From Tubulanus polymorphus (lineage: Eukaryota > Animalia > Nemertea): a stretch of 64,000 nt of DNA. Each line of letters opens with the position of its first letter. The stretch's first letter is position 1. Below are positions 1 to 12,762 of this stretch, one piece after another. The stretch is taken from contig NC_134025.1 in assembly GCF_964204645.1 (NCBI RefSeq), positions 17,025,101-17,089,100 of the forward strand, in the 5' to 3' direction. Position numbers and translations under genes: made by a program. Below the pieces are notes generated by a model, which saw nothing but the letters and a program-made list of their open reading frames with translations, had not been told where the DNA came from and did no database searches.

Positions 1-201
1 TTGATTGACATTGAAGTGTAAGCGAACATTCACTTACACGAGACCTCCACCTGTGCACGCAGAGTGCTACACGACACACACAAGCTCGTACAGTACACTA
101 CTCAAGGTGATGCTGTAACGCGTGCGCGTTTGACATGAAAATAGGCTGAATAATCGTAGCAGAAGATGAGCGCTGTGTTTTCTGTTTGATAGAATTTGTA
201 A

Positions 202-772
202 TGTGACCGGCCTTATTTCCTCTATCGAATGACAGCAACCGATCGATTTCGGGGTTCTGGAGATCCACTTCTACAGCTGTGTTTCGCCGACTCCTCACGG
301 TCCGAGACCAACAATAGCTAAGACAACGATCGACAAACCTGCGGCAACAGGAATAAACAATATATAAGTTTATTAACACACATAGGTGTTGTCGGTAAGG
401 ACAACAAACAATGAATAATTCCTATACAACATATCTTATATTAACAATTTAACATTATTTCATATTGATCGAAATGAAACTTTCCAAAGAACCTTCACCT
501 AACTCACCCTAAACTGACACCACATAAATTCGATTACTCCCGGAATTTACAATTTGTATTATATAAGATACTTATAAAGTTATGGATTTAAACAATATCT
601 TACCTGCGGCAACAGGAATAAACGATATATAAGTTTATTAACACACATAGGTGTTGTCGGTAAGGACAACAAACAATGAAAAATTGCCGCGAAAAACCAG
701 AACGCCACCTACTTAGAAAAAGGGTGGCAGCACTGTACGGAACGGTTTCCCCTACAAGTTCACCCGGTTACA
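202..772. mobile_element. Solo LTR-like insertion (TG...CA, 4-bp TSD)
   Basis: Termini tgtgaccgg...ccggttaca; TSD gtaa at 198-201 and 773-776; absent from the paralogous copy near 60980. Contains an internal ~79-bp direct repeat (337-415 and 602-680). Confidence 0.7.
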
Positions 773-991
773 GTAATAAATTGTTATTTCTTGTGAAATG
801 AAAATATTAAGCAGCAAACTAAAAGTATAGGTCGAGGTCTGAATATTGTAGTCGTAAATTCCAGGATTTAAAACGATCTAATAACCGATTTCTTCTGTAC
901 CGGTATTTTAACTTCCGCAGCCAACATTGGAAGAGGTTTCCATGACCCAATATTCAGCCACCCTCTGATATGTGACATCATATGAATTTTA

Positions 992-1551
992 GGCCATCCC
1001 ATATTAATGGTCTGTTTGCCGTTACCCGACCAACGTGACTTCAAAGGTACCGAGTGAAAACTTTTTTTCTCGGATTCATTGAAACAAATTTTATTTTTGA
1101 TAAAAATGGCCAACCGACCCACTGCCTACGTATGAGCTACGTATTATATATGTTTGAATTCAAGTGTGCATCGTGTGAAAACATGCCTTGTCAAAGTTTT
1201 CCAGGAAACTGGCAGTGTTCCAATAAGCTGCCATTCATTCTCATAGTGACACTATATCAAAGCTGGTAACGTAAAACTGCTCACATATTCAATGTACTGT
1301 TTCATTTTTAACACGAAGATGACGCTCTGGACGAAGTTATAATTTTAGAATAATTCTCGAAATCTACGCTATTAGACAAATTTCCCGTGCACAACGTAGA
1401 TGATTTTTGCGATATTGTTTCCATGTAAAAAGGTGATAAATTTGTTTTTTTTGCCCAAAAATTAAGCAAAAAAAATTTTTTCTTACCTAGCGACTCGTCC
1501 TGAAACGTTGAGTCGGTGTTACGGCAAACAGATAATTATTTTGGAATGGCC
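992..1551. mobile_element. Zator-like non-autonomous DNA transposon
   Basis: GG termini with imperfect TIRs (ggccat...tctgtttgccgt.ac.cgac); TTA TSD at 989-991 and 1552-1554. The empty site atgaattttatttgaat is visible in the paralogue near 61170. Confidence 0.75.
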
Positions 1552-1837
1552 TTATTTGAATATTTTTTCCATATTGTGAAACATATTTTTTTTGAAAATA
1601 TAAAATAATTTCCCTGCCACGCCTACCTGTACCCTACAAACTTTTGGATGTGGACCGTAACCAAATGTATATCTTTGGTCTTATTTGACTACAAAATAAT
1701 TCTTTCAGTAAGATAAAATACAATATAAACTTGTGGAACTTTGAAGTCACGAATTAAAAAGATTTTTCAAGCAATGCCCTTATTCCAAACAACCTCTAGC
1801 TTTCAAGGTAAACCACACTTTGCCCATGGGCAATTTA

Positions 1838-2760
1838 TCTAGATTGTTTTTAGAGTTGTTATCATGGAAAGATTTGGTCCAGGATTCTGAGATACCAATA
1901 ACACTAAAAACATAATTCAGTGAGTTTAAATATACTTTTAAATCATCAAAATTTTTATTTAGACTTCTAGCATTATTGTGGAATAATGAAAACCTTGATT
2001 TTTCAACTGAGGACAGATTTTCAAAGAATTTACAATTTACAAGGTTTTAGTATTTACGGAATTATCCATTCAAAACGACAAAAAAAATTATTAATTTTAT
2101 AATATGATACCAAAGTCAACAATCACATTGCTAACATACTTATAGGAATACATATTTAAGAGAAAATACCTGGCACCAAAAGTACACTTAAATATCATAA
2201 GTAAATCCCTAATAGGAAAAAAAACAAGAATTATATATACAAATAGTAAACACCAAAACATAGTGTTCAGTGTAAAGTTGAAAAAGACTTTCAACTAAAA
2301 TTTTCACTGATATAATATAAGTTGTTAATCTAGGAAGGTAGTCATCAAAAATGAATTGACTAGGTAATAGATTAATATTCGCAAATGAGATTTAGCATGA
2401 ACTTCTAAGCAAATCAGTAAATAAAGTACATAGATTAAAATAGCTAGCTGAAGCACAAGTTCACTGTAGCATTGATTCATACACTTTAATGAGCTTTTTA
2501 TCGTTACTGTCTTTTCTTACACGGAAGACTTTCCCATTAACTGTCCAAACTTTAGAATACAGGTCAGAGTTTAATGCGCATTTCACTAATTTTGAAATTT
2601 CCAGACACAGATCTTCTCTTATTATGATTCCAGTTCATTTTAAGAATGAACGCTTTTTAATAATTGAATCTCTTAAATTGCGATTAAAGAAACAGACAAT
2701 TATCCCATCTGGTCTTTTAGTACCATCTACATATATTGGTTCCTTCGTTTGAACTTTGTA
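1838..2760 (-). pseudogene. CR1/L2-group LINE remnant: ORF1 C-terminus and start of the ORF2 AP endonuclease
   Basis: Minus-strand translations RPDGIIVCFFNRNLRDSIIKKRSFLK*TGIIIREDL...WTVNGKVF (ORF1-like) and FSLFHNNARSLNKNFDDLKVYLNSLNYVFSVIGISESW (APE motifs); cut by the HINE at 1837. Confidence 0.7.
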
Positions 2761-3165
2761 TTCATGCTTCACACACGTGCTCGTTTGCTGCAATATGATG
2801 TATTGATCTGTGCATGTATATGAAAAGTGTGCCCTGCGTGTGGCCTAGTGGCCTAGGTTAAGTTTTCCTGGAAACCGCAAATGATTCAACTGCCAGGGTT
2901 CGTTGCGGCTGACCGTGAAAAGCAGTGAATTTTGTAGAAAGGCACTAAAATTCGGAACTTGGAAATAGTTCAATTAACGAAAATAAATTGTTTAACAAAC
3001 TTCGTACACAGTTTATAGAAATCCTCACACAATGAACGTGGAGAGTGTCTTTTTGAGTCAGTGGGGAAAACCATGAATCCTCATGCAGTTGTGTGTGATG
3101 GAGATCTTATCAATAGACAGATTTTCATGAAAATTCCTGGATTCAATCATGGGGGAAATCTTTAG
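2760..3165 (+). repeat. Interspersed repeat of unknown class; second copy at ~57190-57619
   Basis: tattcatgcttcacac...ctggattcaatca.ggggga is shared and colinear between the two loci. Confidence 0.65.
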
Positions 3166-5041
3166 GCATTTTGGCTCGCGGCAGCGAGCCTACGTCTGGC
3201 CAATCAATAATCATTCGTATGCTTAATACACTTTGCTCAAAGCTATTTTTAGCACTCTCAAACGCAATTTCAGTAGCCTGTAATTTCACTTCTAATAGGC
3301 GAATTGAACGGATTAAGCAAAAAAACATTTCGTCAATGGTTTTTCTTTATGGTGCGCAAAGTTGAAAGCCGTGGGTTTCATAGTTTTTGAGAAATTTACC
3401 AAAAAGTTCCAAAAATTCGATTTATTTGAGCACGTTTTTTTATGCAGCATCTTTAACTGTCCAAAATAACACATGTGAAAATTCAATGCTATTCGTGTCA
3501 GAAGAACTTTGTATCGCCAAGATTCGACGTTTTTTTTTGGTAGTTCTGGGCTTTCAAAGATGAAACCCCCCAAAATCTTGGTTATATAATTTGTGTTGAC
3601 CCAGTTTTGACTTCCATCATGACGCGATAACATTGAATGAGGTGGATCAGCTGGTGCGTGTTATTTCACAAATAAAATGGCGGCATGATTGAATAGGTTG
3701 ATATTCATTATATCTAGCGCGGATATGCAAGGTGCATGATATAACGATTTATTGTGTGCGATGTGTTCAATAATTCATCTAGTTTTGATATCCCATGCGT
3801 AAGGTAACGTTGCATCAAGATATGTGACGAAAATGTGGTTTCAAAATGCGGAAATTTACTTCCGTGTTCACCACACGGCTGATTTACTGATAGCATCGAA
3901 TTTTTAGGGATGAGTCTGATATTTACACGACTGGAATACTTGTTTTATCATCATTAATTGGAGTTATTTTAGTAACGTTCGCATTAGTGATCCGTGTTGG
4001 AGCATGATTATTAGTATTAGTTTGTTAACTGTGGCGCAGCGATGAGCTTTCGCGTAGAAAACAGTCGTGTACAGTCGCATAGGCAATATCGCCTTGTACT
4101 CTCATGTACACTGCTTGTTCGTATCAGTTATAGAGTATGCACGCCACGGCGTAGCTCACGCGTAACAACGATTTGTGAAGATGTAAGCTACATAAAGCAT
4201 TCCTATCATGAAACTATTAAAAATCATGTCAGTCGATAAACTTTGTTTCGTCAGTAACCGGCACTGGCCTCAAATTTGAAGAACTTGGGAGCTTCTGTCC
4301 TGATTGGTCAGTATGATAATGAAAAACCTCCAATGAAACCCAGGCTCTCACCAAGTTTGTACCGTATCTTATTGGGTCACTCATAGTTTTATTTGCTTTA
4401 ATTTACATCATTCAAGGGATGTATTAAAAATTATGAACATTTGTTCAGACAAAAGGCCCATATCAATTTTTCGAAGATTTCATTCTCGTTAAAAGTCAGT
4501 TATCATTAGAAGTTCACACTGACCAGAATTGAGTCCTTTTTTATATATTTTTTACTTCACACCAATTTGGCGAGCCACTGGACCATTGGTCCTTTATTTG
4601 ATTATTTAGAGCACGGATTCACTGAAATTCTGCCAAAAACTTCATGCTGAAGATAGGTTGGCCCATGCGTTCCATTCATAATTCGAAAAAAGGCATTTTT
4701 TCTTGATATTTTCCATCCTTATTTTTGATCTAATTATCTGTAAGAAGTCAGTCTTCTCCCATCATTTGAATTCTTCTCCCATCATCTGCTTATAATCTCT
4801 AATCTAGAGTACCAATGTTTAATTTTGATGCTGATTAAACATACACTCATGTAAATTTAGGAAAGTCCATATTAAGAATTTTGTTTCTTGTTTATTTTGG
4901 CGCCCTTGCATTATGTTGTAACCAAAACAGATTGCATAGTTATAAACCCTAATCATGTATTCAAATTATCATTTATTTCTTGGCAGCCTGAGATCTTTCA
5001 ATCCTTAGCCCGTTCTAAACCGTTGTAGTTTTTTCTTTCAG

Positions 5042-5162
5042 ATGAACTTCTTAAAATTATCTCGAGAGACTCTCGAAAAATCTTGTGAAGATGATCATCA
5101 GCTCATTAAACAACGAGAGCAGGATCTAGAAGCACTGATGCACGATCTAAAGAATAAGCATG
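5042..5162 (+). CDS. SDCCAG8: SDCCAG8-like centrosomal/ciliary coiled-coil protein, internal coding exon (upstream exons lie outside the window)
   Basis: Acceptor ttttctttcag|ATG and donor G|gtatat; 121 nt, phase 0 to 1. Translates MNFLKLSRETLEKSCEDDHQLIKQREQDLEALMHDLKNKH, resembling recalled human SDCCAG8 ...QQREQELTQKIQQMEAQH. Splices in frame to 22776. Confidence 0.75.
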
Positions 5163-6011
5163 GTATATATGAATTATTTCAGATCATAATCAAGATGGCA
5201 GACTAAAAGCCATTGTTATTTCACAAAAATCAAGACCTTTTAGTGGCAGCTCTGCTGCCGACAGCCCCTGCAGCGCTGTCTATTGCAATGGCTTTGTTCC
5301 AAAATAAAATGCCGTCCGCGAAATTTAGCTAAGCTGCTGTTAAGACAGCTGAGCGGAATTGAATTACAAACATGTATGATTATCTATAGCTAGTGTTCCT
5401 TTAAAGATCAAATGCTCTCTAAATTGAAAATTGCAAAAAACACATATTTAGAAGGAATATCTTCATAATTAATATATGTACTACTGATTTGACTTTCACT
5501 TTATAAGGGAGAAATGAATATTTTTATCAGCAATTTTCAGCAGGTGCCCGTTGCTTGCAGATGCACGTTTTTGCACTATTTGTGTCATCACATGTGTATT
5601 TCTCTAATAGAGATTAAGATCTCATTAATTGGCTTTGTGATTGTGAATCAACACCAATAAAGAAACTAAATCAGTTTGAATAAACTTAGCTATACGTAGA
5701 TACATTCTAAGAGAGTTACTTTGAGCAATGAGCCCTGTAGAGTCTAAAATAATCTGACAGGTTCCAGTCTTATCACTTCAGACTTCTTTTGGTATTTTAT
5801 CCTTTTAGAGTTTAATAAAATGTCTGAATTTTCATTACTGTATGCCCTGGTTACAATTTTATATGACCCAATAAACAGATATTTGCTAGCACGCTGTAGA
5901 TCCATGAAATTAGTGAAATAATCAGTATTGTTTTCACCTTCATCACTACGTCACGAAGGTTATAAGATGGTTGTGAGTCGATGACGTCATTTTTGTTCGC
6001 TTTTAAAAGAT

Positions 6012-7928
6012 TTTTTAGGCCAGCCGTAGGCTGAGCATATTACTATACAAATGGAGCGAATTTAAATGACATGGTTTCCAGAGCAAAGGCTCTTTGTCCG
6101 TGTAACTGAGCATATATTCATACAAATCATTCATTAAAGCATATTCCATTCTCCAAACTCTACGTAGCTGAATTTTGAAAGAGGGCCTCGTTAAAATTTA
6201 TATGAGCTTTTTTGCGAATAACTGATTGCAAAAATGTTGGTTTTGAAAAGCCAATCAGAAAGCAAAGACTCCTCTATGATTGGCTTAGCCGTAGAAATCA
6301 GCAGGTGTTCATGTGAACCCGTGGTATCGTCTACTGTTTTACTTCCGGGTTTTATTTTAAGATCTAAAATTGTATTTCAAGATCGATTTCTGTGAAAGCT
6401 TTAGTTGATCTGGTTTTTGGGAGGAATATTTTTATTAGCACTAGAGAAAATATCATTGACCATTGTGCAAAGTCCGGGAAAAATAGCTTTTTCTCAAATC
6501 GGATAGATGACCTTGATATGCTAATTAGCCATGGGCTCAAACTACAAATTCAATCACATTTTATTTTTCAAAAAATTATTGAATCCAATTCAATTTTACT
6601 TTAATTGAACAAATAAAAACATCAAATCCAATTCAATTTTGTTTTATTGAGCAAATTTCAGAAAATTAAATTCTATTCCGCATCAATGAGACCAAGGGAA
6701 AAGATTCATCTGAGGTACTTGTGCTGCCAGATCCAGTCGCTGTCTGTGCTATTTTTGGCGAACCGTAGGTTTGCCTATGCAAACGGTCTGATGAAGCAGT
6801 TTTCATTGAAAATGAATAGAGTACCGGTGTGTCAACAAGGCACAAACATTGGCTGTTGAACCAATAGTGTTGATTTTTGGTATCATGGTTTGGCTTAGTG
6901 AGTTCTCGAGCCCACAAAAATTTCATAGTGATCGAGTTATTTTTAGGGAACTTATTCTTGAAAAACACGCAAAAACCCCGCTTTTTAGCACTAAGTAATG
7001 GCACGTTTTTGCATATGACAATTTGCATGCTTGGAATTGAAATATATGAAAGTTCAATCCTTCCTGGGAGTGTCGCGGTTTTTATTTCGACTGATCTCAA
7101 TGTATTTTTCGACCTACAGCCCCTCACTTTATAATCCCCCTAAATTTCCTCGCTTCTATTTATTTGAGTTGACCTTGTTACCTGAGCTACCATTAATGTG
7201 ATTGGCTGTTTGTGGGATATACGGGAAATTCCGGCGTTTCTGATGTCATCGGGAAAGCCCATTGGGAAAGCCTAATGTGAAACCCAAAACAAAATGGCGA
7301 GCATTTTATTCGACTAGGTATCGTACGTTTGCATATAATTTGTTCGTTGTCACGAATATAAGCGAGTAGGCTGTTTAATTCAGTATCTGAACTAGCCAGT
7401 ACGAAGATACCAATGGTAGGGGTCTTCCAAGTCGGTATTTATTTGTATATTTAAGAAAAAAATCATAGCCGGTATTTGTTTTGATTTCTAGAAAAAAAAG
7501 TCTGTATGCGTATATGTTTGTATTTTTTGACATATTGTCGATGGATGGATTCTGACTTGTGAAATTGCAACTGCGTCGCTAATACATTTGTATATACACG
7601 AATATATTTGTATATACACGGCAATCATAGTATACACAGCACTCTCACACATCCGCAGGCGCATATATTGTCAGCCTCATACATCTCTAATCCAAATTAA
7701 TTCATATTTATTATAATATTTTTGACAATATATGCACTCAATGATTTAATGGTGAGCCACAGGGCCATTGGACCTTTATTGTATTCTACGATTGTATTGT
7801 GTAAATTATTAGGTATTGACTCTGAGCTAGGAGTATATTTTGACAAAGTTAACCCACAGAATGCATCATCATTTGCCATTTTATGAAAAGCTGACAGGTT
7901 GGCCATAGTGCCCCTTGAGGCTCCTGTT
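6012..7928 (+). mobile_element. HINE-like family A with nested inserts
   Basis: 5' ttttaggccagccgtaggctgagc; 3' subTIR ggttggcc plus hairpin gccccttgaggc and ctgttt. The same ends occur at 42482-44866; other copies or fragments at 12476, 17760, 24150 and 41940. Confidence 0.7.
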
Positions 7929-8032
7929 TGTTTTAATACACTTACTCAAAACCTCCATAGCTGTTTTATACTCTCTCCAGACAGCAGCCTTGGTTTCCGA
8001 GGATGGTAACAATTTGATGTGGAATCTTTTAA

Positions 8033-9344
8033 CCTCTTCACTACCATATATACAGTAGACTCCGCATACCTCGCAGTCATACACCTCGGAATATTGCTTA
8101 GCTCAGAACAAATCTCAAATATTTTTCTTAATGCAATTATTTCTCAAATGAAAATCTCCGAGTAGCTCGGAATTGCATACGTCGGAATATCGCATACCTC
8201 AGAATGATTTTTTTATAAATTGAGTCCTAAACTCGTGTACCTCGGAAATTCTGAACATCGTCCCGACAATATTTTTTCAAAAACGCATCCCTAGCCTACT
8301 GCATTATTTTTCGTTAAAGGGGCTGTTGCAAGAATGCATATAATCAGCTGATGATCGTAAGAATTGGAAGCGTGCTAGTCGCGCTAGTTCTCGGCTGTCT
8401 TTAATACGAATAGCCAATTGAATGGATGTAGGCGGAGCTATAGACTTGTCACTGCACATCAAACCCACGTGTTTTTAAATTCTCTCAACTGGGAAGGAGG
8501 GGCTTTACTTGGTGTACTACAGTACGATGTTTTGATCGAAAAGATGAAAGTCAAATCTCCCGGGGGGGATATGCGGTTTTGATTGAAATAACAATAAAAG
8601 CCTGTCAGATATGGTACATATACAATGTTTATTCAACATAGATTAGTATAAGAAGGATAATTTGAGCCCACGTGTCAGCAACAATTTTTTTATGACAAAA
8701 TTTGCGGACCTTGTATACCTTGAAAATCGTATACCTCAGAAAAAATTTTGCAATCCCAAGAATTCCGAGGTAAGCGGAGTCTACTGTATTTGTAAAGCTA
8801 AGGTCTTCAGCCATCAGATGTTGTTTAGAATCAAATCGATTAAATCAGAAATTGATCACCAATAATTATTGATCGATTTGTGGATCGATCAATGGATTTT
8901 GATCGAATAACTTGTAATGATCCATTTCCAGCACGTTTTTTGTATTCTTATCGTGTAGTGATTGACTGTCTACTAAATCTGGACCAGGATGACATTTTAT
9001 AAAAGAAACAGCTAAAAATACAGACAAAAAACTCATGCACGTGCCTTGTTTCGCGCGCAAAGTGGTGCATGTTGTCACTTAAGCATAAATTCAATTCGAT
9101 TCAGTTCAGTATTTGAGGCACTGATTGGCCATTTATGAGTAAATAGTGTAACTAAATTGAAGCAGACGATCATTTAGTACGTCTATACACCAGCGGCGTA
9201 GTGACTCACCACACCAGCAATTGTAGTAAATGAATATATTTGTGACGTAAATGAATATATTTGCGACGTAAATATACGTCGCGCATGGTGAGAGAAGGTC
9301 ATTATTTGCGACGTAAATATACGTCACGCGTGGTTGCGAAGAGG
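8033..9344 (-). mobile_element. piggyBac-like non-autonomous element (family 1)
   Basis: TTAA at 8029-8032 and 9345-9348; TIR cctcttc.c.acca; 8970-9344 is nearly identical to 16300-16646. Confidence 0.75.
8053..8786. mobile_element. pogo/Tigger-like MITE
   Basis: TA|cagtagactccgcatacctcg ... cgaggtaagcggagtctactg|TA, with subterminal tacctcgga motifs. Confidence 0.8.
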
Positions 9345-9348
9345 TTAA

Positions 9349-10353
9349 CCCTTACAATACCACTACCGTATGGCATATGGTACAAATTGACAAGCTAGCA
9401 TACCCGTACCGTATGTAATACGGTATCGCTTAACCCTTCTTACAGAAGGGCATATCTATCAGTATCAGCTGGTGCTGCCATCTGCATAAAATCCAAGATG
9501 GCAAAAAACAGTGAAAGGAAAAAAACAATTTGGCTGGATGAAACGGTTCAGCAACTCGTATATGATGCTGACAGTGATGCTGGTGACTTGCAATTTGGTA
9601 GTGAACAAATTGAGAGTGACAACGAATATGACAGCAGCAGTTCACATGAAGAGACTTAGTCAGAAAATAGGTTTATAGTGCCGACAATGATTTTGATGAT
9701 GAAAATGAAATCAGTGACAATTTTTTAGACCCTGTTGATACGGTTGTCATGGTAACGGACACCAATAACAATAATGAAGAACCAGAAACTGTCCATCCTC
9801 AAGGTCACATGTATCCAAATTATCTGTTTTATTTGTAAGCCCAAAGGTTATCAACACCGTGGCATACAATGTATCAGTGTCAAATATATAGGTAACAATT
9901 TTCTGAGGCCTGAAATTATACCCCAATGAAACCCCTTACATCCGGCCTTCCGACATATCAGTGGAAAAGTGGGTAAATCAGTGGAAAAATAAATCTTTTA
10001 GTTCTATTGCTTTGAAATTTTTACTACATAAAGTAAGGATATATGGCATACAGTTTCAGTTGGAATTGAGTAGATCAGTCCATTTTGCTGGGAGACAGAG
10101 CAGTTTATCTGAAACTTTTTCATGAACTTTTTTCATGGCGGCCATCTTGGAGTATGTGACCTTGACCTCAAGTTCACTTATACCCACATTATTTATGTCT
10201 ACTTTGTTGGCCCAAAAGTTATGAACAACATGCTATATAATTTTTCTGTGTCAGATACCTTGGTAACTATTCTATGAAGCCTCAAATATACCCCTATAAA
10301 CCCCTAAATTCCCTCCGGTACAGCAGCGGAGACACTATGTGATATTGAAAGGG
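9349..10353 (+). mobile_element. piggyBac-like deleted element (family 2), inserted in the TTAA of family 1
   Basis: TTAA|ccctt.caata.cac ... gtgatattgaaaggg|TTAA; acidic N-terminal remnant MAKNSERKKTIWLDETVQQLVYDADSDAGDLQFGSEQIESDNEYD. Confidence 0.75.
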
Positions 10354-11229
10354 TTAAACCCGGGAACACTACCAGGAAGAACTAGGGCAATTGCATCGGC
10401 GAAATTTACAAAAAATTGAACTACTCGCTGGATGTCCTCGTATTTCAGGTAGTGCAGATTAGACTTGTGCCGACAGTTTTTTTTACCCTTGGAATTAGAC
10501 CGTTTTCTTCATAGTGCTTGATGACTGCCATCAATTTGTTGTGGCTGATGCTGAAAAACGGAACAAAGTAATTTTAATCTTAAAAAATTATATATGTGTT
10601 AAGGCCTACCTACCCAGAAGAATTACTGCAACACCTGTTCATCTGATACACGGGTACCACGTAAATTCATCTTAGAAAGTTCATTCAATTGACGGGCAAT
10701 TTCGTCATTATTTTGCAGCTTTGAAAGCGCCATAATGAATATAAAAGTCACCGTATATAATCTTCTGCCAGATGCTGACCTTGTGATTTTATTACCTGAT
10801 GATAAACAGCAAAAAAACGATTTTAATCGAGTTTTCAGTGACCAACACGAGCATTCAAACGCGGAAGTCAAATCGGCCTTTTGTTTACAACGGAAGTTTG
10901 TGCACTCAGCCAATCAGCGCGCAGTATTCGCATCAGGTGAACTCTTCATAGCAACAACAACAGTTTGTTTATAGGATATCCCCAATTCTCGCAGCTGATT
11001 GGCTTAGGATTATGTCATTCGGGGTTTCATGTCGTCATTATTAGAAACTGGAGATTCACAGCTCTCCGCACATATTTAATTCGTTGAGGTATTCCCCCGG
11101 AAAGATTGAAATTTTTGCTGATGAAAATTACAGTTTTGGGACAAAATTCCTTCTTTTGTTTTAAGGAAGAATTTATGAGTTACCAACTTAAACCACACAT
11201 CAATACAAGTGTCTTGTACAGGGCTACTA

Positions 11230-11470
11230 TCCACACTCTGCAACCACTATTCTATCGCCAACTTATTAAGTAATTGCTGAAACCTTATCAAATGCTTTTT
11301 GAAATCCATAAAGACTAATTGAGGCCTAACAGTCGATTTTCTAGAGTCAAATAACCATCTGGTCCAGTCATCCATGGTTTCAAAGTAGGCCTCATTGACT
11401 GTTTGTCAACCATCCCTTTGTAAAACCGATTTGACAGTTGCACATGATTCTAACTTCCCTTCAATTTTTA
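11230..11470 (-). pseudogene. CR1-like LINE reverse transcriptase fragment
   Basis: Minus-strand QIGFTKG...MDDWTRW...VFMDFKKAFDKV; boundaries approximate. Confidence 0.5.
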
Positions 11471-12475
11471 TGGCATGATGCGACTGCGTACACGCGATCA
11501 TTGACACAGTATTCAGACAAGATCAAGAATACGAACAATGATATGCAGAAAACCGGTTATTGCTGCCTTGCAGCTATATTTTTAATTGCGTTTCTGTTTA
11601 ATTTTTGCTTTACCTAATAATCCATGAGCCAATCTTCAAGTTTCTTCAATTCTATTGCGTAGCTCAAGAACATATTGATATGAATTCTTTACTTCATCAT
11701 CATTATCAGTTTTATCATCACGCGTCCAAATTTATTTTAAAATGGTTAAGGGCCCCTGGACTGTCCTTCCATATAAAAGTTCATAAGGAGAAAAGTTGAG
11801 AGACTCCTGTGGAACTTCTTTATATGCAAAAAGCAAACTAGATATGTATCCATCCCAATCTTGTGGACGTTCTATACACATACGTCTAAGCATACGCTTC
11901 AAAATCCCATTAAAATTCTCGCATAACCCATTAGCCATAGGATGGTATGGAGATGAATGTACTTGTTTTATCGCCAATAATCTCATGATTTCCTTCATAA
12001 CATTGGAAACGAATTGCGGACCCCAATCAGATAGAATTACTTTGGGAAAACCCAAACGAGAAAATATATCTAATAATCCTTCCGTTACATCAGTAGTTTC
12101 ACAATTCTTCGATGGAATGGCCTCAGGAAACCGTGTGGCATAATCAATTAATGTAAGAATATACCTATATCCTCGATCACTTTTTTCCAAAGGCCCAATG
12201 AAATCAATTGCAACCTTTGAAAAAGGACACAATAGGAATGTTTCCCAAAAATACTATACCTATTCTACCTTTGTCAATCGTCTTTTGACAAGCATCACAC
12301 GATTGGCAATACCTTCTAACATCACCAATTATACCTGGCCAATAAAAGCTACTTTGTATTCTATTTATCGTTTTGTTACTCTTCAAATGACCCGCCAAAA
12401 TAGAATCATGAGCCACTTCAAGAACTCCATTTCGTAACTCTTTTGGTACCATAAGCTGTTTAAAAGATCGATCAT

Positions 12476-12762
12476 TTTTAAGCCAGCCGTAGGCTGAGCC
12501 TATTACTATACAAATGGAGCGAATTTAAATGACATGGTTTCTAGAGCAAAGGCTCTTTTACTGTGCGACTGAGCATATATTCATACAAATCATTCATTTA
12601 AGCATTATCCATTCTCCAAACTCTACGTAGCTGAATTTTGAAAGAGGGCCTCAATTTATATGAGCTTTTTCGCGAATATCTGATCGCATAAATATTGGTT
12701 TTGAAAAGCCAATCAGAAAGCAAAAACTCCTTTATGATTGGCTTAGCCACAGAAATCAGCAG
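12476..12762 (+). mobile_element. HINE-like family A 5' fragment inserted between Gypsy PR and IN
   Basis: Matches 6012-6303. Confidence 0.75.

Larger units (their letters stand above)
1..1837 (+). mobile_element. Helentron-associated (HINE-like) element, family D, 3' part, with nested insertions
   Basis: Colinear with 60777-61457. Ends in subTIR aggtaaacca plus the palindrome ttgcccatgggcaa (1820-1833) and a T-rich flank. Includes a Zator-type terminus at ~1620-1680. Confidence 0.65.
7945..10735 (-). pseudogene. Sola-type DNA transposase remnant (intron-containing), split by two piggyBac elements
   Basis: Removing 8033-10357 at the TTAA restores HYEENGLIPR...DIQRVVQFFVNFADAIALVLPGSVPGF|KRFHIKLLPSSETKAAVWREY, matching a recalled LPGR.PG.K....LLPSS motif; donor gtaagt follows. 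Confidence 0.5.

Noticed and set aside
6666-7134. 153-aa and overlapping ORFs next to a ...cagcccctc terminus
   Set aside because: No recognisable domain; probably subterminal DNA of a truncated transposon whose other end was not found.
11040-11075. Candidate PPT and 3' LTR start of the Gmr1-like element
   Set aside because: The adjacent sequence shows no homology to the putative 5' LTR at 14889 onward.
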